In this document: positions 25,236-33,483 of the stretch, piece after piece
Position numbering within the stretch: the first letter of the stretch is position 1
How the letters are laid out: every line of letters begins with the position of its first letter
Assembly: GCA_036625875.1 (NCBI GenBank)
Contig: JAZKSW010000002.1
Span: forward strand, 1 to 33,725
Source: Minisyncoccota bacterium
GTDB taxonomy: Bacteria; Patescibacteriota; Minisyncoccia; Minisyncoccales; JAZKSW01
Direction of reading: 5' to 3'
DNA: 33,725 nucleotides
Translations under genes and position numbers: made by a program
The notes under the pieces: generated by a model
The model's input: the letters and a program-made list of their open reading frames with translations, nothing else
Database searches by the model: none
What the model was told of the DNA's origin: nothing

Positions 25236-25964
25236 TTATTCTCCAAAGAAAATGTCCATTACTTCCTGGGTTTTTTTAGTAGATTTCTCACATTCGTCTA
25301 AGATTTCTTCGACGTTTTCCGCTAAGCCTGCTCCTTCCCATAACTCTTTCGTCAAATTAGTAATTCCATCTTCATGAATTTTAATCTGATCTACTATTAT
25401 TGCTTGTGGTCTGCTAGGATTAGGACCATTTGAGACGAGGACAGCAGTTGTTTTGGGGGAATCAGGATTAGCTATGTCAAATCGGAATTGAGATTTAAGT
25501 AACCATTTTAGTTTTAAATCTAAATAGATAAGATCTTTTCCTTTTTTGAAGAGTTGGCTCATTCCTAAGTTTTTCTCCTTACTAAATAAGCTTAATGGTT
25601 TTATTTTCTCTCTGTGATCATTGTCTGCGAAGTAACTTTTGAGGCGTCTTAACTTATCTATCTTTGCTGCTGCTGAATTGTTCATTTTCCACTCTTCTTG
25701 TTCCGTATATGAACTTTGATGAAATTCCAGAAGAGTTTCTTCATCTAAATCTGATACGTCTATAGAGCAAGAAGGAACTTTTGACCTTTGATTTACGGAG
25801 TTATATTCTTTTATAAAATCTTTGATTTCGCAACCTTCCGGTAATCTGACCAAAACTGACTTGTCAATAGCATATATTCCTTCATGCTTTTTAAAGAAAC
25901 CCATTAATTCCTCAAGTTTGTCGACTATTCTCTCTGGGGTAAGCCCCTTTGGAGAATTATTCAT
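25236..25964 (-). CDS. Hypothetical protein
   Basis: 242-aa ORF with SD AAGGAGG and an upstream TTGACA promoter on the minus strand; no recognisable family. Confidence 0.75.
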   Translation of the reverse strand: MNNSPKGLTPERIVDKLEELMGFFKKHEGIYAIDKSVLVRLPEGCEIKDFIKEYNSVNQRSKVPSCSIDVSDLDEETLLEFHQSSYTEQEEWKMNNSAAAKIDKLRRLKSYFADNDHREKIKPLSLFSKEKNLGMSQLFKKGKDLIYLDLKLKWLLKSQFRFDIANPDSPKTTAVLVSNGPNPSRPQAIIVDQIKIHEDGITNLTKELWEGAGLAENVEEILDECEKSTKKTQEVMDIFFGE

Positions 25965-26051
25965 TTTAGACCTCCTTTAAGTATTTGGATTTATTAGAGT
26001 TCAAACCTGCTTCTCTATTTTAATAATATTTTAACAAACTTGTCAAATTTT

Positions 26052-26492
26052 ATGAAAGCTATTATTCAAAGAGTTAATCAAGCTCAAGTTACTACTGAAG
26101 AAAGAACTCTGGGTAAAATAAGTAAAGGGATGGTTGTTCTATTGGGAGTGGGGCAAGAAGATAAACAACAAACTGTTGAAAAACTAGCAGAAGAAATTTC
26201 GAACTTGAGAATTTTTTCTTCCGCCGATAAAAATATTGATCGCTCCGTGCGAGACATAGAAGGTGAGATTTTAATAGTGCCTCAGTTTACTTTATATGCG
26301 GATACTTCTAAAGGTAATCGCCCGAGTTTTATGAAGGCGGCGGACCCCGAAAAAGCTAAACAACTCTACTTGAACTTTGTTGATTATTTAAAGGACAACT
26401 CCCGATTGAAAATAGCCACTGGTGAGTTCGGAGCGATGATGGATGTTTCTTTAGTTAATGACGGACCGGTAACTATAATTCTAGAGGAATAA
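26052..26492 (+). CDS. dtd: D-aminoacyl-tRNA deacylase
   Basis: MKAIIQRV, LRIF, QFTL, KGNRPSF, GEFGA.M.V...NDGPVT. Confidence 0.96.
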   Translation: MKAIIQRVNQAQVTTEERTLGKISKGMVVLLGVGQEDKQQTVEKLAEEISNLRIFSSADKNIDRSVRDIEGEILIVPQFTLYADTSKGNRPSFMKAADPEKAKQLYLNFVDYLKDNSRLKIATGEFGAMMDVSLVNDGPVTIILEE

Positions 26493-26544
26493 TTGTGGAA
26501 TATTAGATTTGAGTCTGTCGGTAAATAGTTTAGAATGAAATAAT

Positions 26545-26976
26545 ATGCCTGTAGAGAAATCAGCTGGAGTAATTATCTTTAGAAAGAAGAATCACGAAAA
26601 TCTTTTCTTACTGCTTCATTATGAAGGAGGCCATTGGGGTTTTCCAAAGGGGCACATTGAAGAGGGCGAAACTATTAAAGAAACTGCTATTAGGGAAGCA
26701 AAGGAAGAGACTACTATCACTGACTTGAATTTTAAGGAGGGATTCAAGGAATGGATAAAATATTTTTACAAACGAGAAGGAAAAAAGTTTTTTAAGATAG
26801 TTACTTATTTTTTAGCCGAAACTAAGCAAGAAGAAGTTGAAATTTCTCATGAGCACGTTGGTTATAAATGGTTGCCTTATGAGCAGGCTTTAAAACAAGT
26901 TACCTTTGACAACGCTAAACAAATTTTGAAGGCAGCCCATCAATTTTTAAAAAAGGAGGAATCTAATTCTAAGTAG
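26545..26976 (+). CDS. NUDIX hydrolase, asymmetric Ap4A hydrolase-like
   Basis: SAG.IIF, LLL.Y..GHW.FPKGH.E.GE....A.RE..EET, K.V.YFL, S.EH....W. Confidence 0.88.
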   Translation: MPVEKSAGVIIFRKKNHENLFLLLHYEGGHWGFPKGHIEEGETIKETAIREAKEETTITDLNFKEGFKEWIKYFYKREGKKFFKIVTYFLAETKQEEVEISHEHVGYKWLPYEQALKQVTFDNAKQILKAAHQFLKKEESNSK

Positions 26977-27039
26977 AAAAACACTTATTTAGGTAGGGGT
27001 AAAGCCCTACCCATTAAGTTGGAACTCTGCTTTATTTTT

Positions 27040-28317
27040 ATGCTTCCATTAGTTGAAATTTCAGATCGAGACTTTGATGAATACAAACAACACATACCGG
27101 AAGAAATGTTTAATGAAATTAAGGATTTAGCTGAAGAATTACAAGGACTTGAAGTAACTATGGTGAATGCCACTCCCAAGGGAGGTGGAGTAGCAGAAGT
27201 TTTAAAAAGTTTAGTACCTTTAATGCAAGATGTTGGTTTGGAAGCAAAATGGCATGTGATTCCACCTCGTGAGGATTTCTTTAAACTTACCAAGAGCATG
27301 CATAATTCTCTTCAAGGGGAAGACTTTAAGCTTAACTTTGAAGAAAGAAAACTTTACCAAAGGCATATGGAGAAAATGGCTGACCAAATGCAAGATATGG
27401 AAAGTGATGTGTGGGTAATGCATGACCCACAACCGGCAGGAGTTATTCAATACTTGTCAGATAAAGAGTGTTATCCTATGATCTCTAGAATTCATATCGA
27501 TACTACTAATCCGGGTAGGGAAAGTTGGAATTTTATTGAAGGGTTTTTACTACAATACGACAAGATTATTTTTCATTGCAAAGATTTCGTACATGATAAT
27601 GTTTTCGGTGATAGAATTGAAATTATGCCTCCAGCTATTGATCCCTTTATTGATAAGAACAAGGAATTAGATCAGCAGGAAATCAATGCTGTTCTAGAAG
27701 GCTTTGGTATAAATACCGATAAACCATTGGTTTCTCAAATTTCGAGGTTTGACCCCTGGAAAGATCCAGTAGGAGTGGTGGAAGCTTATCATCAGGCAAA
27801 AGAAGAAATTCCTGATTTGCAACTGGCTTACTTGGGGTTGTTTTTAGCTTCTGATGATCCGCAAGCGCAGGAGATTTATGAAAAGACGAAAGAAAAAGTA
27901 AAACCCGAAGACGATATTTATCTTTTTACCGATCCTAATCGTTTAGGAAGTTTAAGCGTAGGTAAATTCGTTAATGCCTTCCAAGCAGGAAGTGATGTGG
28001 TAATGCAAAAGTCAGTGAGAGAGGGTTTTGGTTTAACCGTAACTGAGGCAATGTGGAAAGGGACACCCGTAGTAGGAGGAGACGTAGGTGGAATTAAGTT
28101 ACAAATAGAAAACGGCAAGAACGGTTATTTGGTGTCTTCTCCCGCAGGAGCGGCGGAGAAAACCGTAAAGTTGATTAAAAATCCGGAGTTGAGGGAGAAA
28201 TTGGGAAATGAGGCTCGGGAAACAGTGAAGAAAAAGTTTTTGATGCCGCGATTGTTGAGAGATTATTTAAGGTTATTTAAAGACTTGGACGAAGAAGGGA
28301 AGATTGACCGCTGTTGA
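27040..28317 (+). CDS. treT: GT4 glycosyltransferase, trehalose synthase TreT-like
   Basis: VNAT..GGGVAE.L, FF..TK..HN.LQG, HDPQP, R.HID, ISRFDPWKDP, QKS.REGFGLTVTEAMWKG. Confidence 0.85.
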   Translation: MLPLVEISDRDFDEYKQHIPEEMFNEIKDLAEELQGLEVTMVNATPKGGGVAEVLKSLVPLMQDVGLEAKWHVIPPREDFFKLTKSMHNSLQGEDFKLNFEERKLYQRHMEKMADQMQDMESDVWVMHDPQPAGVIQYLSDKECYPMISRIHIDTTNPGRESWNFIEGFLLQYDKIIFHCKDFVHDNVFGDRIEIMPPAIDPFIDKNKELDQQEINAVLEGFGINTDKPLVSQISRFDPWKDPVGVVEAYHQAKEEIPDLQLAYLGLFLASDDPQAQEIYEKTKEKVKPEDDIYLFTDPNRLGSLSVGKFVNAFQAGSDVVMQKSVREGFGLTVTEAMWKGTPVVGGDVGGIKLQIENGKNGYLVSSPAGAAEKTVKLIKNPELREKLGNEARETVKKKFLMPRLLRDYLRLFKDLDEEGKIDRC

Positions 28318-28324
28318 GACCAAT

Positions 28325-28355
28325 AAAAAACTCGGGGATTAATTCCCCGAGTTTT
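28325..28355. terminator. Bidirectional terminator between treT and the GNAT gene
   Basis: A6-CTCGGGGA-TTAAT-TCCCCGAG-T4; the loop contains the GNAT stop codon. Confidence 0.85.
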
Positions 28356-28926
28356 GATTTCGCCAGGTGTCTTCCAATATTCCGAATATAACTAAATCAT
28401 ATCGTTCACCTTTTATGCGGATCATCTCTTTATGAGCTCCGACTTTCTTAAAGCCCAGTTTCTTTTGAAGAGCTATGCTTCTTTCGTTATACCCAACTGC
28501 AGCTGCGTTGATTCTATGGAGGTTCAATGCATCAAAGCCGAATCCGAGTAGAAGTTTTGTAGCTTCAGTTCCATAACCTTCTTCCAAATAATCTTCTCCG
28601 AGGAGAATACCGGCTTCGCCAACATCATTAACTAGGTCAATGTCTGCTAATCCGCAAATTCCTATTACCTCGTTTTCTTTTTCGTCGTGCATTAATTCAA
28701 TTGTGAAATGAGCGGCCTCTTTATTCTTTATTTGTTCGGCGTTGTTTTCTATCCACGTTTCTTCTTCTATGCGAGGCAGAGGAAAACGGCGTGTTAGAAA
28801 ACGATTAATTCTGGGGTTGTTTAACATCTGAACAAAGAACTTTGCATCTTCCTTTCTGGGTGGTCTTAAACGAACATTTTCACCTTCTCTCGGTACCAAA
28901 CAAATATCCTCTGACATCTTTGACAT
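28339..28926 (-). CDS. GNAT acetyltransferase, RimJ/RimL family
   Basis: GE.V.LRP, IG...L, GYGTEA..LLL.FGF..LNLHRI, N..SI....KLGF; SD AAGGAGG. Confidence 0.92.
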   Translation of the reverse strand: MSKMSEDICLVPREGENVRLRPPRKEDAKFFVQMLNNPRINRFLTRRFPLPRIEEETWIENNAEQIKNKEAAHFTIELMHDEKENEVIGICGLADIDLVNDVGEAGILLGEDYLEEGYGTEATKLLLGFGFDALNLHRINAAAVGYNERSIALQKKLGFKKVGAHKEMIRIKGERYDLVIFGILEDTWRNQNSGN

Positions 28927-28986
28927 TCTATCCCTCCTTAAGGGTAGAGTGGTAAAACTTTAATAGAAAAATAATTAGTTGTCAAG

Positions 28987-30780
28987 TTACTTTCCGATCA
29001 TTTTCTGATAAACCTCTTTCGGAATTTCTACTTGTCCCTCCTTTTTCATTTTTTTCTTTTGTTCCCGTTGGTTTTTCAGTAACTTCTTCTTCCGGGAATA
29101 ATCTCCTCCGTAAAGGCCTTCGGTTACGTCTTTTCTGCGGGCGGGAATATCTTCTCGTGCTATAATATTACCTTTTACTTGGGCTTGTAATTTTTGAGCA
29201 AAGTTTTGCTGGGGAAGTAAATCTTTAAGCTTCTTTAACTCTTTTCGGGCCACCTTTTGTGCTTTGTCTTTATGCACTATTTTGGCTAGACCGGATTTTG
29301 GTTCTCCGGCAACTAATATTTCCATTTTTACTAAATCACTTGCTTCATAACCTTCTATTTCATAACTGAAAGAAGCAAACCCCTGAGAAATACTTTTTAA
29401 TTGGTCTTGGAAGTTGGTCATTATTTCTGCCAAGGGAATTTTAAAAGTCATATTCATTCTTTTTGCAGAAAGCATTTCTGAGTTGATGAAATTGCCTCTT
29501 GAATTTTGCACTAGCTTGTGAACCTTACTTTGAATGTCAACGGGTGAGATAACATCTACCTTAGCTATTGGTTCTTCTACCTTTTTGATTTTACCGTGAT
29601 GGGGGAAATCGGCCGGGCTTAAACATTTTTTGGTTTTTTCTTTTTTGCCTTCCTCATATTTCACTTTGTAAGAAACAGAAGGAGGGGTAACCTTTACTTC
29701 TGTATTAAACTCTCTTTTAAGTCTTTCTAGGGTAACTTCTAAGTGCAACATTCCTAAAACACCCAACTTAACTCCTCGGCCCATGGTAGCATGAGATATA
29801 TTTTGAGGGTCTAGGGCCGGGTCGTTTAGTTTTAATTTTTCTAAAGCTTTTTTTAAGCCGGTAAAGTCGTCTTGTTGGTCGGGGAAAAGATTAGCAAAGA
29901 CAACCGGTTGAGCTTTGCGATAGCCTTCAATGGGTTCTATTTCCAGGCCGGGTTTGGTAATGGTCTCCCCAATTCTTAATTGAGAACTCTCCTTTATACC
30001 GGTAGCTACCCAACCTATTTCACCTTCTTGTAGTTTTTCTGTTTTCTTAAGGTTGGGTTGGAAGATACCTACCTCCAAATTTTCTTCCTGTAAGTCTTGG
30101 TGATAAAATTTGATGTCCTCATGTGGTTTTAAAGAGCCACTAAAAACCCTTACGAAGGCTATTACTCCTTTGTAGTTATCGTAGACCGAATCGAATACTA
30201 AAGTTCTCAGTTTATTATGGTTTTGTTCGGGCGGTTCCGGTATTGTTTTAACTATTTTTTGTAAAACGCGATCTACGTTTTCCCCGGTTTTAGCAGAAAT
30301 GAATAGAGGATCTTTAGCATCAATATTTAAATTATCCAGTAAATTGTTTACTTCTTTTGCTCTTTTTTCCGGTTCTGCTTGATTTAAATCAATTTTATTA
30401 ATAACGGGGATGATTTTTAAATTTTGCTTTTTAGCTAATCTCAAATTGGCTAAAGTTTGAGTTTGTATACCTTCTTTTGCGCTTACTAAAAGCAAAGCGC
30501 CTTCTGTTGCCTGCAAAGCCCTTTCTACCTCATAAGAAAAATCCATGTGACCGGGGGTGTCAATAAGATTTAAGGTGTAGTTGTTGTATAGCATTCGGAC
30601 GGGTTGCATTTTTATAGTAATGCCTTTTTCCTTTTCCAGGTCCATTTGATCTAAAACTTGATCCTCCATTTTCTGATCGGAGATTGTTTTCGTCATTTCC
30701 AACATTCGATCGGCCAGGGTGCTTTTGCCGTGGTCGATGTGAGAGATTATACAAAAATTTCTTATATTTTCTCTTTTCAT
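28987..30780 (-). CDS. lepA: Elongation factor 4 (LepA)
   Basis: IRNF.IISHIDHGKSTLADR, DTPGH.DF.YEV, NKID, LG.LH.E...ERL.REF, RKDV....YGGD.SRK.KLL. Confidence 0.97.
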   Translation of the reverse strand: MKRENIRNFCIISHIDHGKSTLADRMLEMTKTISDQKMEDQVLDQMDLEKEKGITIKMQPVRMLYNNYTLNLIDTPGHMDFSYEVERALQATEGALLLVSAKEGIQTQTLANLRLAKKQNLKIIPVINKIDLNQAEPEKRAKEVNNLLDNLNIDAKDPLFISAKTGENVDRVLQKIVKTIPEPPEQNHNKLRTLVFDSVYDNYKGVIAFVRVFSGSLKPHEDIKFYHQDLQEENLEVGIFQPNLKKTEKLQEGEIGWVATGIKESSQLRIGETITKPGLEIEPIEGYRKAQPVVFANLFPDQQDDFTGLKKALEKLKLNDPALDPQNISHATMGRGVKLGVLGMLHLEVTLERLKREFNTEVKVTPPSVSYKVKYEEGKKEKTKKCLSPADFPHHGKIKKVEEPIAKVDVISPVDIQSKVHKLVQNSRGNFINSEMLSAKRMNMTFKIPLAEIMTNFQDQLKSISQGFASFSYEIEGYEASDLVKMEILVAGEPKSGLAKIVHKDKAQKVARKELKKLKDLLPQQNFAQKLQAQVKGNIIAREDIPARRKDVTEGLYGGDYSRKKKLLKNQREQKKKMKKEGQVEIPKEVYQKMIGK

Positions 30781-30819
30781 TGTTTATTCATTTAAGTTGA
30801 AAAAATTACTTTTGTCAAT

Positions 30820-30844
30820 AAAAAGAAGCGCTTTTTCAAGCGCT
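30820..30844 (-). terminator. Probable terminator after rplT
   Basis: AGCGCTT-TTTC-AAGCGCT (30827-30844) with an adjacent A-rich run. Confidence 0.5.
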
Positions 30845-30860
30845 AATTTTTTATTTCCTT

Positions 30861-31220
30861 TTATTCTTCCAGGGCTTCTTTCGCTTCGTCTACAATCTTT
30901 TCAAAGGTTTCGGGTTTGTTTTTGGCTAAATCAGCCAGCATTTTTCTATTTAGTTCTATATCGGATTCTTTTAAACCATGCATGAAAGTGGAGTATTTCA
31001 TGTCGTGTTGGCGAGCTGCAGCATTGATTTGAGTTTGCCATAACTTGCGGAATTCACGCTTCTTTCTTTTTCTGTCTCTGTAAGCATGATCCCATGCTTT
31101 CATCAGGGCCTCTTTTGCCTTTCGGTAAAGATTTTTACGATTCCACTTAAAGCCCTTGGCCTGTTTCAACAGACGTTTCTTTCTTTTTCTACGACTTGTG
31201 CTTGATTTAGTTCGAGGCAT
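30861..31220 (-). CDS. rplT: 50S ribosomal protein L20
   Basis: K.AKG, AYRDR..KKR.FR.LW...INAA.R, LNRKMLADLA. Confidence 0.98.
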   Translation of the reverse strand: MPRTKSSTSRRKRKKRLLKQAKGFKWNRKNLYRKAKEALMKAWDHAYRDRKRKKREFRKLWQTQINAAARQHDMKYSTFMHGLKESDIELNRKMLADLAKNKPETFEKIVDEAKEALEE

Positions 31221-31401
31221 ACTTTAAAGCTTTTTTAATCTTTTTGGCTAATGGCTTAGAAACCTCAACCCACTTTCTTTTTTTTCTTTTATAATCACCG
31301 GATTTCTTAGATCGGAAGTGGTTTTGTCCGGTAGCTCTTCGTAAAACTTTGCCGTTCTTCGTTATTTTAAATCTTTTTTTGATAGACTTCCTGGTTTTCA
31401 T
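31207..31401 (-). CDS. rpmI: 50S ribosomal protein L35
   Basis: MKTRKS..KRFKIT..GK......H...KK; located between infC and rplT. Confidence 0.96.
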   Translation of the reverse strand: MKTRKSIKKRFKITKNGKVLRRATGQNHFRSKKSGDYKRKKRKWVEVSKPLAKKIKKALKYASN

Positions 31402-31448
31402 GGTAATAAAAAAATTGATTTTGCTACTATTAAAATTTGAAATTAAAT

Positions 31449-31949
31449 TTAGGAAACAATCATAACAAATTTACTTCCTTGTTTATCTAATTCTTTTTCT
31501 ACTTTAAAGGAAGTTTCCTCTTCAAGCAAGTCTAAAAAGTCTTGAATCTTCTCTTTAGCGTGATCAGCTAATGCTTTTTCCCTACCGCGCATTAAAAGTT
31601 CAATCTTAACTTTGTTGTCGTTATCTAAAAACTTCTTAGCTCTTCTGACTTTAGTTTTCATATCATGTTCGGAAATACTGAAGCCCAATCTAACGCCTTT
31701 TAGTTCTGTGGATTTAGACTTGGAGTTCTTTTTCTTCTTTTCTCGTCGGTACATAAACTTACCGACTTCTATTAATTTACAAACGGGAATATCAGGTTTT
31801 CCCGTTACCAAGACCAAATCTACATCCTTTTCCTTTGCTTTTTGAAGGGCTTCTTTCTTGGACATAACTCCCAAATTCTCTCCATCGTCGTCAACTACCC
31901 TTACTTTCTTGCCTTTTATTTGATGATTTATTGGTGGTCTGTCAGCAAT
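31449..31949 (-). CDS. infC: Translation initiation factor IF-3 with ATT start
   Basis: Frame extends upstream of the track start as (I)ADRPPINHQIKGKKVRVVDDDGENLGVM; in-frame TAA at 31965-31967 bounds it; DLVLV, PVCK, I..HD...K, RGRE. Confidence 0.93.
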   Translation of the reverse strand: MADRPPINHQIKGKKVRVVDDDGENLGVMSKKEALQKAKEKDVDLVLVTGKPDIPVCKLIEVGKFMYRREKKKKNSKSKSTELKGVRLGFSISEHDMKTKVRRAKKFLDNDNKVKIELLMRGREKALADHAKEKIQDFLDLLEEETSFKVEKELDKQGSKFVMIVS

Positions 31950-31968
31950 AGTATTTTTTGTTAATTAA

Positions 31969-32366
31969 TGGTGGAGGTGGTGGGATTGAACCCACGTCCA
32001 GAAAGCAAGTCAAGATACCTCTACAAGCTTAGCTCAGTTAATGAAGAACGAGAAGTGTAAACTGAGCAAAACCTTCTCGCCGTTTGCCTATTACATTTCG
32101 ACAACTTGCCTAGGCTAGAGTAAGTTGTCTACCCTGAGCTATGATACTCACTCTTGTTTATCAGGGATCGACAAGAGGAGCAGCTGCTAACGAGTAGCAG
32201 CGAACCTGCGACAATTGTCACGGAGTGACCCGTAACTTTTAGGCGTAAGCCATAGCAGGTTCAGAAGAGAATAAGTTTGCACTTATTATTCCTCTAAGTT
32301 TTTTGAGTTTAGAGGATACTCAGCTTGCGCATCTTAACAAGACATCCTGTCGAGTCACTCACCCCC
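31969..32366 (-). ncRNA. ssrA: tmRNA; tag peptide ANLFSSEPAMAYA (32280-32239)
   Basis: 5' GGGGGTG...TCGAC pairs with 3' CACCTCC-A-CCA including G3-U; T arm GTGGG/CCCAC; resume context ATAAGT-GCA; adjacent to smpB. Confidence 0.95.
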
Positions 32367-32369
32367 TCT

Positions 32370-32816
32370 TTAATGTTGTTTAAGTTCTCGTCTAATTTTT
32401 CGTTCGGCTTCCCGTTCTTTCAGCTTTTCTTTTTTCTCATACTTCTTTTTCCCTTTCGCTACTGCTATCTCTACTTTAATTAATCCATTCTTAGTATACA
32501 CTCTCAGGGGGATTAATGTCAAGCCTTCTTCTTTCGATTTACCAATTAAATGTTTTATTTGGTCTTTTTTTAGTAATAACTTTCGATCCTGTTCCGGTTC
32601 GTATTCGATAGGTACATTAAAGGGTTGGTAAGGCGGAATGTTAGCACCTATTAAGTAAAGTTCACTATGCTTGGGCATCACGTAAGCTCCTTTAATGCTC
32701 ATCTTTCCGCTCTTCACTGATTTTACTTCTTGGCCTGATAAAACAATTCCTGCCTCGTATTTATCGAGGATTTCGTAGTTGTGAGCAGCTTTTTTATTTT
32801 TTGCCAGAGTTTTCAT
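32370..32816 (-). CDS. smpB: SsrA-binding protein
   Basis: NKKA..NY.I...EAGIVL.G.EVKS, RKLLL.K, GLTL.PL, KGKK.Y.K. Confidence 0.98.
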   Translation of the reverse strand: MKTLAKNKKAAHNYEILDKYEAGIVLSGQEVKSVKSGKMSIKGAYVMPKHSELYLIGANIPPYQPFNVPIEYEPEQDRKLLLKKDQIKHLIGKSKEEGLTLIPLRVYTKNGLIKVEIAVAKGKKKYEKKEKLKEREAERKIRRELKQH

Positions 32817-32862
32817 AAAGACATATATATTTTACCACCCTTTGAGTAATATTTAAAATTTG

Positions 32863-32904
32863 AAAAAGAAAAGTCCGATGAAGAACACGAGGCTCTTCAT
32901 CGGA
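32863..32904 (-). terminator. Intrinsic terminator of the orphan gene
   Basis: TCCGATGAAGA/TCTTCATCGGA 11-bp stem; A-rich run at 32863-32872 is the minus-strand U tract. Confidence 0.8.
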
Positions 32905-32914
32905 AGATAATGTT

Positions 32915-33277
32915 TCAAGCAATATAATTTGTTAACTGTTCTCCGAGCTTTTTAATCTCATCTTTCTGTTCTTGGTTAAATTTGGATATGAAGTCTTTCC
33001 GGATGGTTTTACTGGCGGGTAGTAGAGTAATACCTTTTCGGTAAAGATCAGAAGGGACGTAATGTTCTATTCTTAAACCATCTAGGGTATTTAATCCCAG
33101 CCGGGGATTTTCAGCTTTGAGTTCCGGTCGAAAAACCTCTAACAATGCATTTTCTTTTTGGTTTTCGAGTTGATCTTCTAAAAAATCGTGAATAATTTTT
33201 GGATGATCAATTTTTTCAGTAGTATGATATAAGATACCAACTATAACATCCCTTTTACTAAGGTTTTCTTTCTGCAT
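32915..33277 (-). CDS. Hypothetical protein
   Basis: 120-aa ORF with SD GGGAGGT and its own terminator; no recognisable family. Confidence 0.7.
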   Translation of the reverse strand: MQKENLSKRDVIVGILYHTTEKIDHPKIIHDFLEDQLENQKENALLEVFRPELKAENPRLGLNTLDGLRIEHYVPSDLYRKGITLLPASKTIRKDFISKFNQEQKDEIKKLGEQLTNYIA

Positions 33278-33483
33278 TTTTACCTCCCGTTTAAAGATAT
33301 TTTAAAAACCAGCAATTACAGAAAATAGGTTTGAAGGTGCTTAACTTTTCCTCTTTTTTATCAAATACTTGGTCTAAAGTCAAACTATTCCTTGAAATTT
33401 AATATAATTAATGTAGTATAAGGATACAATTCATCAATTAATAATATAGCCTGGGGTTTCCCAGGAAGTTCTTACATACTTCA

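Noticed and set aside
25186-25377. 63-aa plus-strand ORF overlapping the polX stop
   Set aside because: Crosses the terminator hairpin and is antisense to the SD-led 242-aa gene
26992-27011. GGTAGGG/CCCTACC hairpin before treT
   Set aside because: No U tract and no alternative pairing seen; function cannot be supported
33450-33465. CCTGGG-GTTT-CCCAGG hairpin upstream of lhr
   Set aside because: Isolated short leader stem with no further evidence
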